Shown: one piece after another, positions 1 through 8,747 of the stretch | Position numbering within the stretch: position 1 is the first letter of the stretch | Layout of the letters: each line of letters begins with the position of its first letter | Source: a virus | Lineage: Duplodnaviria; Caudoviricetes | Strand: one strand, 5' to 3' | Virus record (IMG/VR): IMGVR_UViG_3300010356_000998 | Span: 44,743-108,742 of that record | Length of the DNA stretch: 64,000 nt | The notes under the pieces: model-generated | Databases searched by the model: none | What the model was told of the DNA's origin: nothing | The model's input: only the letters and a program-made list of their open reading frames with translations | Translations under genes and position numbers: made by a program

Positions 1-401
1 TTTGGAATAGTGTAATTAACAACACCTGTAGAATTCTCTGTAACATATAAGATAATACCTGTTAGTATACCAATCGTTGTTAAGTTTTTACTTTTTTTAA
101 ATTTTTTATTGCTTTTATTTAAAAATACACTTAAATTTCCTAAGTGTTTTTTACCGCAACAAGTATAATCAGGATACATATCATAAGATATTGCTAGTTC
201 TTCATCTTTTCTGAATACAAATCGTTTTAAATCAGCTGGTAAACGAATATTGTTACTATACCATATTTCAAATTCTTCAAAAGGTTGAGTTAATTCATTA
301 TTAATCAAATAATCTTGTATAAGATTAAATACTACACTATTTTTAGTTAAATAGTTAATATCTTTATTTAAAATAAATAATGAATCTTTTATTAAAGCCA
401 T
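1..401 (-). CDS. hypothetical protein (runs off window edge)
   Basis: Manual translation from ATG at 401 (MALIKDSLFILNK...) stays open to position 1; starts 3 nt after the helicase stop. Confidence 0.7.
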   Translation of the reverse strand, partial: MALIKDSLFILNKDINYLTKNSVVFNLIQDYLINNELTQPFEEFEIWYSNNIRLPADLKRFVFRKDEELAISYDMYPDYTCCGKKHLGNLSVFLNKSNKKFKKSKNLTTIGILTGIILYVTENSTGVVNYTIP

Positions 402-403
402 TT

Positions 404-1360
404 TTACAATTCTTTAAAAAATGAGACAGCTCCGTCAAAATATACAGCTAATTCTTTTTGTCCAGTAGATTCTCTACCACCCATTATATTAAGAATTCGT
501 AAATTATTTTTATAATTATTTACATTAATCCCTTCATAAGTAGATAGTTTTGCCATTTCTGGACTAAATATACCAAAGCCAATATCAATATCTCTTTGAG
601 TATCTTTTGAATCTGCTAAACCATTAAAAGATGGTAATAAATCATTCATTTTTCTAGCTTCAAAAGATTCTTTTTCATTAGCTTGTTGCTGTACTATGAC
701 GGGATTGATTTTATATAAATTTCTTGCTTTAACAAATGTAGAAGCAGATGTTTCATCAATAGCTTGTTTTAATGTTTGTCCTCTTCTTGGAATAATTAAT
801 GATGCGTGATCTAAAATCAACATCGTTATTTTTTCAGAATTAGGATTTACTTTTTTACTTAATTCTACCGTAAAATTAGCTATTTCATCTACACTTCTAA
901 ATCTGTCATAATAGTTTACTCTTTCTAAATATTTTTCAAAAAATGGTTCATATTTTACAATAGCTTCGTATACTTCGGGTTCTAAAGATTTTTTAGTTGA
1001 TCTAATATCTTCAGGAGATACTCTAATCATACCTTTAGAATCAATAAATAGGAAGTGACACATTGCTTGAATCATTTTTTGCTGACTGGTCATTTCTAAA
1101 GATAAATAATGAACTTCAACATCTAAATCTGATTCTGTATCCATACAAAACTTAACAGGATTGTATACATACATGAAATCAGTAAATTGAGATTTACCTC
1201 TTTTTGGAGATGCTGATACCATTTCATATTTACCTTTTTCAATACCTGTGTAATATTGTTCTAATTTTGGAAAAGGACACGGAATAGCATTAAATTTACC
1301 AGACTCTCTTCTAAGTTTTCTTCTTTCAATATTTTTTAATGTTTCTTTAAATAAACTCAC
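404..1360 (-). CDS. DnaB-like replicative helicase (SF4, RecA fold)
   Basis: Walker A-like ASPKRGKS, SLEM motif, Walker B ILDH, GLADSKDTQRDID motif; located in the replication block. Confidence 0.8.
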   Translation of the reverse strand: MSLFKETLKNIERRKLRRESGKFNAIPCPFPKLEQYYTGIEKGKYEMVSASPKRGKSQFTDFMYVYNPVKFCMDTESDLDVEVHYLSLEMTSQQKMIQAMCHFLFIDSKGMIRVSPEDIRSTKKSLEPEVYEAIVKYEPFFEKYLERVNYYDRFRSVDEIANFTVELSKKVNPNSEKITMLILDHASLIIPRRGQTLKQAIDETSASTFVKARNLYKINPVIVQQQANEKESFEARKMNDLLPSFNGLADSKDTQRDIDIGFGIFSPEMAKLSTYEGINVNNYKNNLRILNIMGGRESTGQKELAVYFDGAVSFFKEL

Positions 1361-1920
1361 AACAAATTAGATTCTTGACTTATCAATCGCAATTCTTCTA
1401 ATATTGTGTAAAGTTTAGATTCTTCTCCGTTATTAGTAGTTCTAAAAATAAAATTTTCAGCACTGGTAATATATTTCATTTCAGTATGGTTAATATAATA
1501 ATGAGCAGCTTGTAATATTTCATCAAAAGTATACCCATATTCAAGAATAAATCTTATAATATACGCTATACAAGTTTTTCTATTACCCATATTACCTATT
1601 CTAAAACCTTTAAATAAAGTTCTATATTCATCTATTCTATTCTTAACAATTTCTTCTATAGAATTTAATTCTTCAAAAGTTTTAAATTTACCTGAAACTA
1701 CTTCACCATTTTCTAAAATAGGAACTTTTAATATAAACTTGTTCTTTATGTAATCTCTTTCTATAATACAATCTCTTGTTAACTTGGATATTATTGAATC
1801 TTCTATAGGAAATTCCCAATCAATATTATTAGCTAATTTTATTAGAAACAATAAAGCATGGTTTTTTTCTATATTTGATTCAAAGCAATTATTCAAGTAC
1901 AACAGCAAACTTTGATTCAT
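1357..1920 (-). CDS. hypothetical protein, possible replication initiation or helicase-loader factor
   Basis: 187 aa ORF with 4-nt overlap to the helicase; function inferred from position only. Confidence 0.55.
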   Translation of the reverse strand: MNQSLLLYLNNCFESNIEKNHALLFLIKLANNIDWEFPIEDSIISKLTRDCIIERDYIKNKFILKVPILENGEVVSGKFKTFEELNSIEEIVKNRIDEYRTLFKGFRIGNMGNRKTCIAYIIRFILEYGYTFDEILQAAHYYINHTEMKYITSAENFIFRTTNNGEESKLYTILEELRLISQESNLL

Positions 1921-2581
1921 TTGTTTTTTCTTTTTCTAAAATCGCATTACATATTGTAACTTTTACATGAGAATTTCTTTTTTCAGTTTTAAAATAATAC
2001 CCTAATTCATCAACAGTTGAAGAACAGTAAACATTATAACTAAAATAAACATTTTCAGTAAACCCATCTTTTTCAACAGGGGTTAATGTATTTCCTACAT
2101 ATTTTAACATCGCTTTAAGCACGTCTAAAATCTTATGATTAGCCAATTCTCTATTAATTTTTAGTCTCAATGATGAATCTATGTTATAAACTCTCCTAAC
2201 TACAGTTGAACACATTAAAGATTTAATTTGAAATCTTGTGAATAATTCTGACATTGCGTTTATTAGTATATCATAATTAGCAAATTGTTTATTGTAACTA
2301 TTTGCAAATAAACCAATATCTAATAAACTCCTATTAGTATTAAGTGTAATTCCTGCTCTACCTGCATTAACAAACCTTTTATATCTAAAAGAATATCTTT
2401 TAGTTGTATAGATAGTATTCAATATTAATATTGACATTATAAACATACCTGGATGTTTTAATTCGTTTAAAAACTTTTCAACATCTTCTGGAAGGTTATC
2501 AAAAACAAGTTTAGTTAACGAAAATAGTCTATCATGCTCATCAGGATGAATAGGGTTAGTATATTTAATTTTTCCGTACAT
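1889..2581 (-). CDS. hypothetical protein
   Basis: 230 aa ORF overlapping both neighbours. Confidence 0.65.
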   Translation of the reverse strand: MYGKIKYTNPIHPDEHDRLFSLTKLVFDNLPEDVEKFLNELKHPGMFIMSILILNTIYTTKRYSFRYKRFVNAGRAGITLNTNRSLLDIGLFANSYNKQFANYDILINAMSELFTRFQIKSLMCSTVVRRVYNIDSSLRLKINRELANHKILDVLKAMLKYVGNTLTPVEKDGFTENVYFSYNVYCSSTVDELGYYFKTEKRNSHVKVTICNAILEKEKTNESKFAVVLE

Positions 2582-3773
2582 AATTTTTTATAAAATCTTG
2601 CATTGTATTATAAGTTTTAAATTTTAAACCAGTGGCTTCTATAATTTTGTTTAACCAAGTTTCTTCTTGAGTACCTCTTGTACAAAATATAATTACATTA
2701 CCTTTTTCTGGTCTATTTCTTAATCTACCTACTCTTTGAATAAAATCTTTTTCTACTCCATAGTAAGAATGAAGTATTACAGTATCTAAATTATCAAGAT
2801 TAATTCCTTGCTTTAACATTTTAAAAGAACCTATTACGTTAATTTTACCTTCATTAAAATCTTTAATGATTTGTAAATTAACATCTTTAATTCTTTTACT
2901 AGATACTGTTGGGCATATTTTAACTAATTCTGTAATACTATTAGCAAATACAATAGTTCTTTTTAAATCTATTGCTTTTAATAGAGATATTACAGATTCT
3001 GTTTTAGAAGGTAAATTATATAATATTTCATTACGTTTTCTCATCCAGTATTGTTTTAAAAAATCTGAATCAGAAAACATACATTTTATAAATCTTTGAT
3101 GACAATAAGAATAATAATCTTTTTCAGTTTGATAAAAAGTTTTTTTAACACCTGTTGTTTTATCTTTATAATCAACGGGTATTATTTTCTTTTTATCATC
3201 TAGTTCTGTAATTATTACACTTATTTCAAGTTCTCTGGCAGTTTTATCTTCCTGTCCTTGTTTAATATTGTAAGAAAAACATATAGGCGCTATTTTATTT
3301 AATAATGTTATTTTAGTTATTTCTTCACCATCTATTTCAAAAGTACTTTTTTTATCTATTGTAGCAGATAAGCCGATCAAATGATTAAATTTGTTATTTT
3401 CGTAATATTTGAAATATTGAGGTGTTAATGAATCATGTATTTCATCAGCAACTACCATATCATAAAAAGTACTTATCCATTTATAAGCACTTTGATAACA
3501 TGCAAACGTTACTGAATGATTTGCTAAAATATCATAATTAAATACTTCTTTAAACTTAGCTATATCTTTTCTAATATCTAATTCTCTTAAATTAGTTTCA
3601 GCTAAAAATAAAATAGATTTTGGCTTTAGTTCTTTTATCATCATTAATGAAATAAAAGTTTTACCAATACCTGTAATAGCTTCTATAGTACCTCTTACAT
3701 TACCATTAATTTTACTATTTAACAGTGATTGAACTGCCTTATTTTGTATATCATTTCTGTCAATACTAATCAA
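2565..3773 (-). CDS. superfamily 2 (DExH) helicase
   Basis: TGIGKT (motif I), DEIH (II), SAT (III), QRVGR (VI). Confidence 0.9.
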   Translation of the reverse strand: MISIDRNDIQNKAVQSLLNSKINGNVRGTIEAITGIGKTFISLMMIKELKPKSILFLAETNLRELDIRKDIAKFKEVFNYDILANHSVTFACYQSAYKWISTFYDMVVADEIHDSLTPQYFKYYENNKFNHLIGLSATIDKKSTFEIDGEEITKITLLNKIAPICFSYNIKQGQEDKTARELEISVIITELDDKKKIIPVDYKDKTTGVKKTFYQTEKDYYSYCHQRFIKCMFSDSDFLKQYWMRKRNEILYNLPSKTESVISLLKAIDLKRTIVFANSITELVKICPTVSSKRIKDVNLQIIKDFNEGKINVIGSFKMLKQGINLDNLDTVILHSYYGVEKDFIQRVGRLRNRPEKGNVIIFCTRGTQEETWLNKIIEATGLKFKTYNTMQDFIKNYVRKN

Positions 3774-4011
3774 TGTTTTTTATTACTCCAATAACGATCG
3801 CACGTTTGTGAAGTGGCAACTTAATATGTTGCGTTTCATTATTATCATTAAATCTTTTTACATTGACTAACGTAACATGATGTTTCATTGCAGGAATTCC
3901 TACATTTTCTTCCCAAAATACAAGAGGTAGATCTTTTAAATCTACCCCTTGATTTTTAATATCTGTCAGTAATTTAAGTAATTCTTCAGCTGTAACCATA
4001 GTTATCCACAT
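3766..4011 (-). CDS. hypothetical protein
   Basis: 81 aa ORF overlapping the RNR end and the helicase start. Confidence 0.55.
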   Translation of the reverse strand: MWITMVTAEELLKLLTDIKNQGVDLKDLPLVFWEENVGIPAMKHHVTLVNVKRFNDNNETQHIKLPLHKRAIVIGVIKNID

Positions 4012-4659
4012 TTAGATGATCCACATTCTTTACATACAGCACACCCTTCTTCAAATACAACCGATTTAGATCCACAGTCTAAGCATGATACTGTACTGTT
4101 TGTTCCATCAGGAATATATGCTTTAAGTGTTCTTGCTATAGCTTTTGTAAATGAATGTAACTCACCATCGGTTTTTTGTAATTGCTCAACAATAAAGCGT
4201 ATTTCTGCGCCATGTCGTAAAGCAGTTGAAATAAGTCTGGTAATAGCTTCTTGTTCATCAGTCATCATATAAGCTAATTGATGATATTTACTATTATCAA
4301 TTATTACGTTATATTTTCCTTTACTTTTTTTAGAAATAATACCTTTACTATAACCTTCTAATATAAGTTCTGGTACAGCAAATACTTCGTAAGGCTTGTT
4401 ATCTAATAAACCAACAATAACTGTAAAACCATTACCCTTTACTTTTAAGTGTTTAATATCACATTCTAAATCAATAGGTCTTTTAGGTGCGTTTCTTTGT
4501 TCAAAAGTATTATTTTTAGTAGTATCTGTTACTAAAACACCTGTCCTACTACCATCTCTATATACAGTAACTCCTTTAAGATTTGCATCAAAAGCAGTCA
4601 TATATATAATATCTACTTCTTCAGTAGAAATTTCATTTGGTAGATTAATTGTACTACTT
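4002..4659 (-). CDS. nrdJ: class II (B12-dependent) ribonucleotide reductase, exon 3
   Basis: After splicing reads (HS)ISSTINLP...KGVTVYRDGSR; C-terminal CxxC...CxxCGSSKCG zinc-ribbon tail typical of NrdJ. Confidence 0.9.
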
Positions 4660-4735
4660 CATATTTGTCTCATATTTCTATGAGTATGGACTATATCATA
4701 TTCCTTAATAAAGGAACTCGGACGCTGATACGGTA

Positions 4736-5566
4736 TTACTCATCACGCTTGATGAACCCGTTAGTCTCTGCACCTTCACTACAAGATCGTGTAGTGCTTG
4801 GCTCAATGTTAGCATGATTATTTGCTATTTCTCTGCATAGTTGTAAAAAGTCACTATTAGTCATATTGTTTTTCATTGTATTAACTCTTTTTGTGACCCA
4901 CTGGACATTATCTTTAACATACCCTTTATCGGAATTTATTCTATCTAAAGAACACGTGTGCTTTACTCTATCTTCTTTATTATTAAATTTTGTATTCATT
5001 AATAATTCTCTTTGTGTATAAGCACATTTACCATTTTGATTATTCCACAATTCTTCCAAATATTCTGGTGTAAGATCAAATTCAAAACCTCTTAATTTAG
5101 CGTTTCTCTCAATAACTTTAAAATAAGTTAATGAAAGATTATTAGTTAACATTGTATTTCTTTTAGGTTTTTTTAAATTAGTATTAAAACAGTTATTACA
5201 ATAAGAAAGTCCTTCCCCTTTACATTTTCTAGTTAATGTGGTATGACCTGTTCTGTAAATATGGCCACAATCACATTGTACTTTATAAATAGTATTTCCT
5301 TTTTGAAGACCTTCACATTTCAATACTGTTAAATTTTGTACTTTGAATCCGTCAAAATAAGTTTTTTTGTCTTTCCATCGCAATTTTCCAGAACACGAAC
5401 GACATGATTTTGAAAACCCGTTTCGATTAATATAATGTTTTCCAAAAATATATTCTTTATCACAAGTACATTTTAATACAAAATGATCTCTACCATTTTC
5501 TTTAAATGGTTCTGATACAACTGTCCAGTTGTTTACTTTACTTCCAATTTCTAAATTTCTTTGCAT
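4736..5566 (-). CDS. intron-encoded HNH homing endonuclease
   Basis: CAY...SLDRINSDKGYVKDNVQWVTKRVNTMK HNH-type motif; two N-terminal Cys-rich repeats; C-terminus runs through the Q and R elements of the intron. Confidence 0.88.
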   Translation of the reverse strand: MQRNLEIGSKVNNWTVVSEPFKENGRDHFVLKCTCDKEYIFGKHYINRNGFSKSCRSCSGKLRWKDKKTYFDGFKVQNLTVLKCEGLQKGNTIYKVQCDCGHIYRTGHTTLTRKCKGEGLSYCNNCFNTNLKKPKRNTMLTNNLSLTYFKVIERNAKLRGFEFDLTPEYLEELWNNQNGKCAYTQRELLMNTKFNNKEDRVKHTCSLDRINSDKGYVKDNVQWVTKRVNTMKNNMTNSDFLQLCREIANNHANIEPSTTRSCSEGAETNGFIKRDE

Positions 5567-5587
5567 ATTTTATGTATTTTTATTACA

Positions 5588-5595
5588 CAAAGATA
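5588..5595 (-). promoter_or_regulatory. Bacteroidota -7 promoter element (TAnnTTTG) inside intron 2
   Basis: TATCTTTG about 21 nt upstream of the HNH start codon. Confidence 0.55.
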
Positions 5596-5698
5596 ATTAA
5601 AAATTGATTACTTCAACAGATAACTTACATTTAATTTTAGCCTTCTTTGAATTCATCCGATTTTCGATACACATTACTGTGTAAAGGCACAAGTTTTT

Positions 5699-6665
5699 AT
5701 GCTGTGAGTAGTATATTTTTGAATAATAGATTGAATAAATACTCTATTTTGCCAGTTAATATCATTAGCTATTGAACCATACCAAGGAGACATTTTAAAA
5801 CGTGCTTCTAATTCAGACTTTGGCATCATTTCTATAGAATACGATAATGGATCTGGAGCAGTTTTATTAATTTGAATTTGAAGCCAATCTTTAAATTTAG
5901 GATGAAGTACAGGATATTCCATCCAGTTATCTCCATTTTGATCTGTAAAATCTACTCTAACACCTGTTTCACCCGGATTAACTTTTTTACGACGCATGTA
6001 ATATGGTGCAAATAAAGGTTCTAATCCAGAAGTTGTTTGTGTTAAAATACTTACAGAACCAGTTGGAGCTACTGTAGACCATGATACATTACGACGTCCC
6101 CATTTTATCATTTTTAAAACTTTAAAATAAAAGTTTTCTACTAAAAATTGATAAAATTCATTACGTCCACTAATAATATCACCATCTATTTTAAATTCAC
6201 TTTCAGCATCCCAATCTTTAAATGAACCCCTTAATATAGATAAATCAATACTACAATCTAGTTCTCCTGACATTTTAGTTTGCATCACTCTTTCAATAGT
6301 TTCCATAGCTTCTTTAGAATCATATTTTAATCCTAAAGCTGCTAACATATCACCTAAAGCAGTGAAACCACTACCCGTTCTTCTAGAACTTTCAGCAATA
6401 TATCTTATATTTTGCCAAAGTTCTAATTCAGTACGTTTAACTGAATCATTTTCAGGATCTTGATTGATTTTATCGATAATTCTATCAATGTGTTCTAATT
6501 CAAGATCAATTAAATTATCAGCTAATCGTTGTTGTTCATACGCCATTTTATAAAGACTTTCGTAATCTATTTGAGCATCTTTAGTAAATGGGTTCTTTAC
6601 AAAGGAATAAAAATTAAGTGCTAATAAACGACAAGCATCATAAGCACTCATGAAAATTTCTCCAC
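5699..6665 (-). CDS. nrdJ: class II ribonucleotide reductase, exon 2
   Basis: (C)GEIFMSAYDACRL, RRTGSG, RRNVSWSTVAPTGSVS, TSGLEP motifs. Confidence 0.92.
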
Positions 6666-6673
6666 CTTTTTAT

Positions 6674-7405
6674 CTACACTTTATTAATCATGTTTTTAAA
6701 TTCATTATAATAATCTTTTTCTGTCCACAATTCATTCTTTTTAATTTTTTTAATGTTAGTACCATTATAATAAAAAATACCTTCTTGTGCAGGATACGAA
6801 CAAATACACCTTATTGAAGAATTGTTAATACGACTTTTAAATTCTTCAACTGTAATTAATTTAGGAAAGGTATCAATTGCAGTTTTTCCATAGTAATTAT
6901 TCAAAAAACAATGATTAACATTTACTTTTTCAATATCTAACATTAAATTATGACAAAATAAAAATACTTGTAAAGAATCTTCGTTTTTAAATAAATCTTT
7001 TTCTATTAATTCTAAAAATAAATTGTATACATCAAAATATGAATCATCAGAGTTATCATTAGTATGTTTAGGACTTACAAAATAACCTTCATAAGCAAAT
7101 CTAATAAACATACCTAATAAAGTTAATTCAATAATTTTTGAATCGTTTTTTACATGTACTTCTATTCTTTCACAATCTTTATTATCAATAATTTCAGTTA
7201 TACAATCTATGAAATTAGATTTAATAATATTTAAATATTTCATAAATTTATCATAATTTTCTATTTTAACATATTCTATTATAATTGCTACAGGATCTGC
7301 AGAAGGAACAGTATAATCATGAGCAAACGAATGAAAACAAGCTTCGTTGGTATGTGTGTTAATTTCGCCTTTTACTTTTTTAATAAAACTTGAATTGTAT
7401 GACAT
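6674..7405 (-). CDS. intron-encoded hypothetical protein in the P9 loop, no endonuclease motif seen
   Basis: 243 aa from ATG 7405 (alternative start 7456 overlaps the S element); no HNH, GIY-YIG or LAGLIDADG motif recognised. Confidence 0.75.
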   Translation of the reverse strand: MSYNSSFIKKVKGEINTHTNEACFHSFAHDYTVPSADPVAIIIEYVKIENYDKFMKYLNIIKSNFIDCITEIIDNKDCERIEVHVKNDSKIIELTLLGMFIRFAYEGYFVSPKHTNDNSDDSYFDVYNLFLELIEKDLFKNEDSLQVFLFCHNLMLDIEKVNVNHCFLNNYYGKTAIDTFPKLITVEEFKSRINNSSIRCICSYPAQEGIFYYNGTNIKKIKKNELWTEKDYYNEFKNMINKV

Positions 7406-7442
7406 AATAACATGATTTGAGTTATTTGTAGTTTGGACTGTA

Positions 7443-7811
7443 TCATAAACTTGCATTAAGTTTTTCCTTGTCAGTCTCTCGCGGCTTATTGATTAAATTG
7501 TCTATGATTTCTTTTAAGATAGCTTTTTCGTCAATGTTAAAGCTATTAGTTAATGTAAGTATTCTATTTAGTTTATTTAACAATTTATATTCAATCTGTC
7601 CGACGGGATTGACCTCTCCAGGTGTTTCCCCGTTAGCCTTATTCAGACCCTCAATTTTTTGAGATTCGGAATTTTTGTTAAATGGATTATCTTGATATAC
7701 AATATTTTCAAGTTTCGTAAGTCTATCATAAAGTTCTTGTATTTGTTTTTGAAAGAGTTTTTCATTTCTGTCAATTCTTTCAAATTGTTTAATATTAAAT
7801 TGTTGACTCAT
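7443..7811 (-). CDS. ORF overprinting the intron 1 catalytic core (helical/coiled-coil-like)
   Basis: 122 aa open frame spanning the P, Q and R elements and ending in S; coding status unproven. Confidence 0.5.
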   Translation of the reverse strand: MSQQFNIKQFERIDRNEKLFQKQIQELYDRLTKLENIVYQDNPFNKNSESQKIEGLNKANGETPGEVNPVGQIEYKLLNKLNRILTLTNSFNIDEKAILKEIIDNLINKPRETDKEKLNASL

Positions 7812-7864
7812 AATCTATTTAACTTTCCATAAGTATCACTACTTACAGCCGCATGGTATGTTTT

Positions 7865-8744
7865 ACGGATTTGTGGTTACCCCTTTGTATTTTGGATAAA
7901 CTGTATCAGGAGAATAATCCCAGTGTCTATCTACAAATAATATTCCGGGTTCTGCTGTACTATGTGCAGCTTCTATCATCTTATCCCAAAGTTCTCGTGC
8001 TTTTATTTCTTTAGTAATAGATGGATTATCTGAATCGCAAGGCCATCTCAATGTATAATTTGTATTTTGTTTAACAGCTTGCATAAAGTCATCTCTTACC
8101 ATTACTGAAATATTAGCTCCAGTTACTTTAGTTAGATCTTTTTTAATAGTTATAAAATGTTCAACATCAGGATGTCGAACGTCTATGCTTAACATTAAAG
8201 CACCTCTACGGCCATTTTGTGCTACTTCTCTTGTACTATTAGAAAATCTCTCCATAAAACTAACTGCTCCTGTAGAAGTACCAGCAGCATTAGTTACAGG
8301 TGTATTATTTGGTCTCAATGTAGAAATATCAAGACCTACACCACCTCTTCTTTTCATTAACTGAACTAATTGCTCGTCTTTTTGAAGAATACCTCCATAA
8401 GAATCTTCAGGTTGCCCTACCACAAAACAGTTACTTAAAGATCCTATTTTTTTAGAACCTAGCATTGACATTATAGATCCTTGTGGTACAACATACTTAA
8501 AGTGTTTAAACAAATCATAAATACGTTCTTCTGAAAGATATTCTCTTTCTTGTCCATATTTACTTAATTCTGTTCTGTTTTCGGAGTTTTCTTCTTTTTC
8601 TTTGTAATTAGATTCAATTCTAGCAAATTCTTTTGCCATTCTTTTGTGCATGTCATCGGGAGTCGTTTCTCCTTCTTGAGCATACTTTCCTTGCCATACT
8701 GACATGGCTAATTCATCTTGATTAAAGTAATTGGATAATGACAT
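7865..8744 (-). CDS. nrdJ: class II ribonucleotide reductase, exon 1
   Basis: SLSNCFV, RRGGVG, QNGRRGALM, ANISV, EPGILF, TTNP; exons total 880+967+658=2505 nt (834 aa plus stop). Confidence 0.92.
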
Positions 8745-8747
8745 ATA

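Larger units (their letters stand above)
4660..5698 (-). mobile_element. group I intron 2 in nrdJ (1039 nt, IA2-like) carrying an HNH endonuclease
   Basis: Exon GCAU pairs with intron GUGC (U-G wobble, P1); ACUU/AAGU P10; Q AACATTGAGCCAAGC, R GCAGAGACTA, S ATGATATAGTCC; P3 TCGGAT/GTCCGA; terminal G at 4660; removal restores HSISSTINLP. Confidence 0.92.
6666..7864 (-). mobile_element. group I intron 1 in nrdJ (1199 nt), splitting the catalytic Cys codon of NPCGE
   Basis: Exon CCGU pairs with intron GCGG (P1, U-G); CCAU/GUGG P10; P AACGGGGAAAC 7634-7624, Q AATCCCGTCG 7610-7601, R GAGAGACTGA 7480-7471, S ATGATACAGTCC 7446-7435; P9 CTACA/TGTAG; terminal G at 6666; T+GT restores TGT (Cys). P3 could not be assigned cleanly by eye. 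Confidence 0.88.

Noticed and set aside
7855-7870. Frameshift, readthrough or pseudogene at nrdJ NP-stop
   Set aside because: P1/P10 pairings and the P, Q, R, S elements indicate a group I intron, and splicing restores the frame exactly
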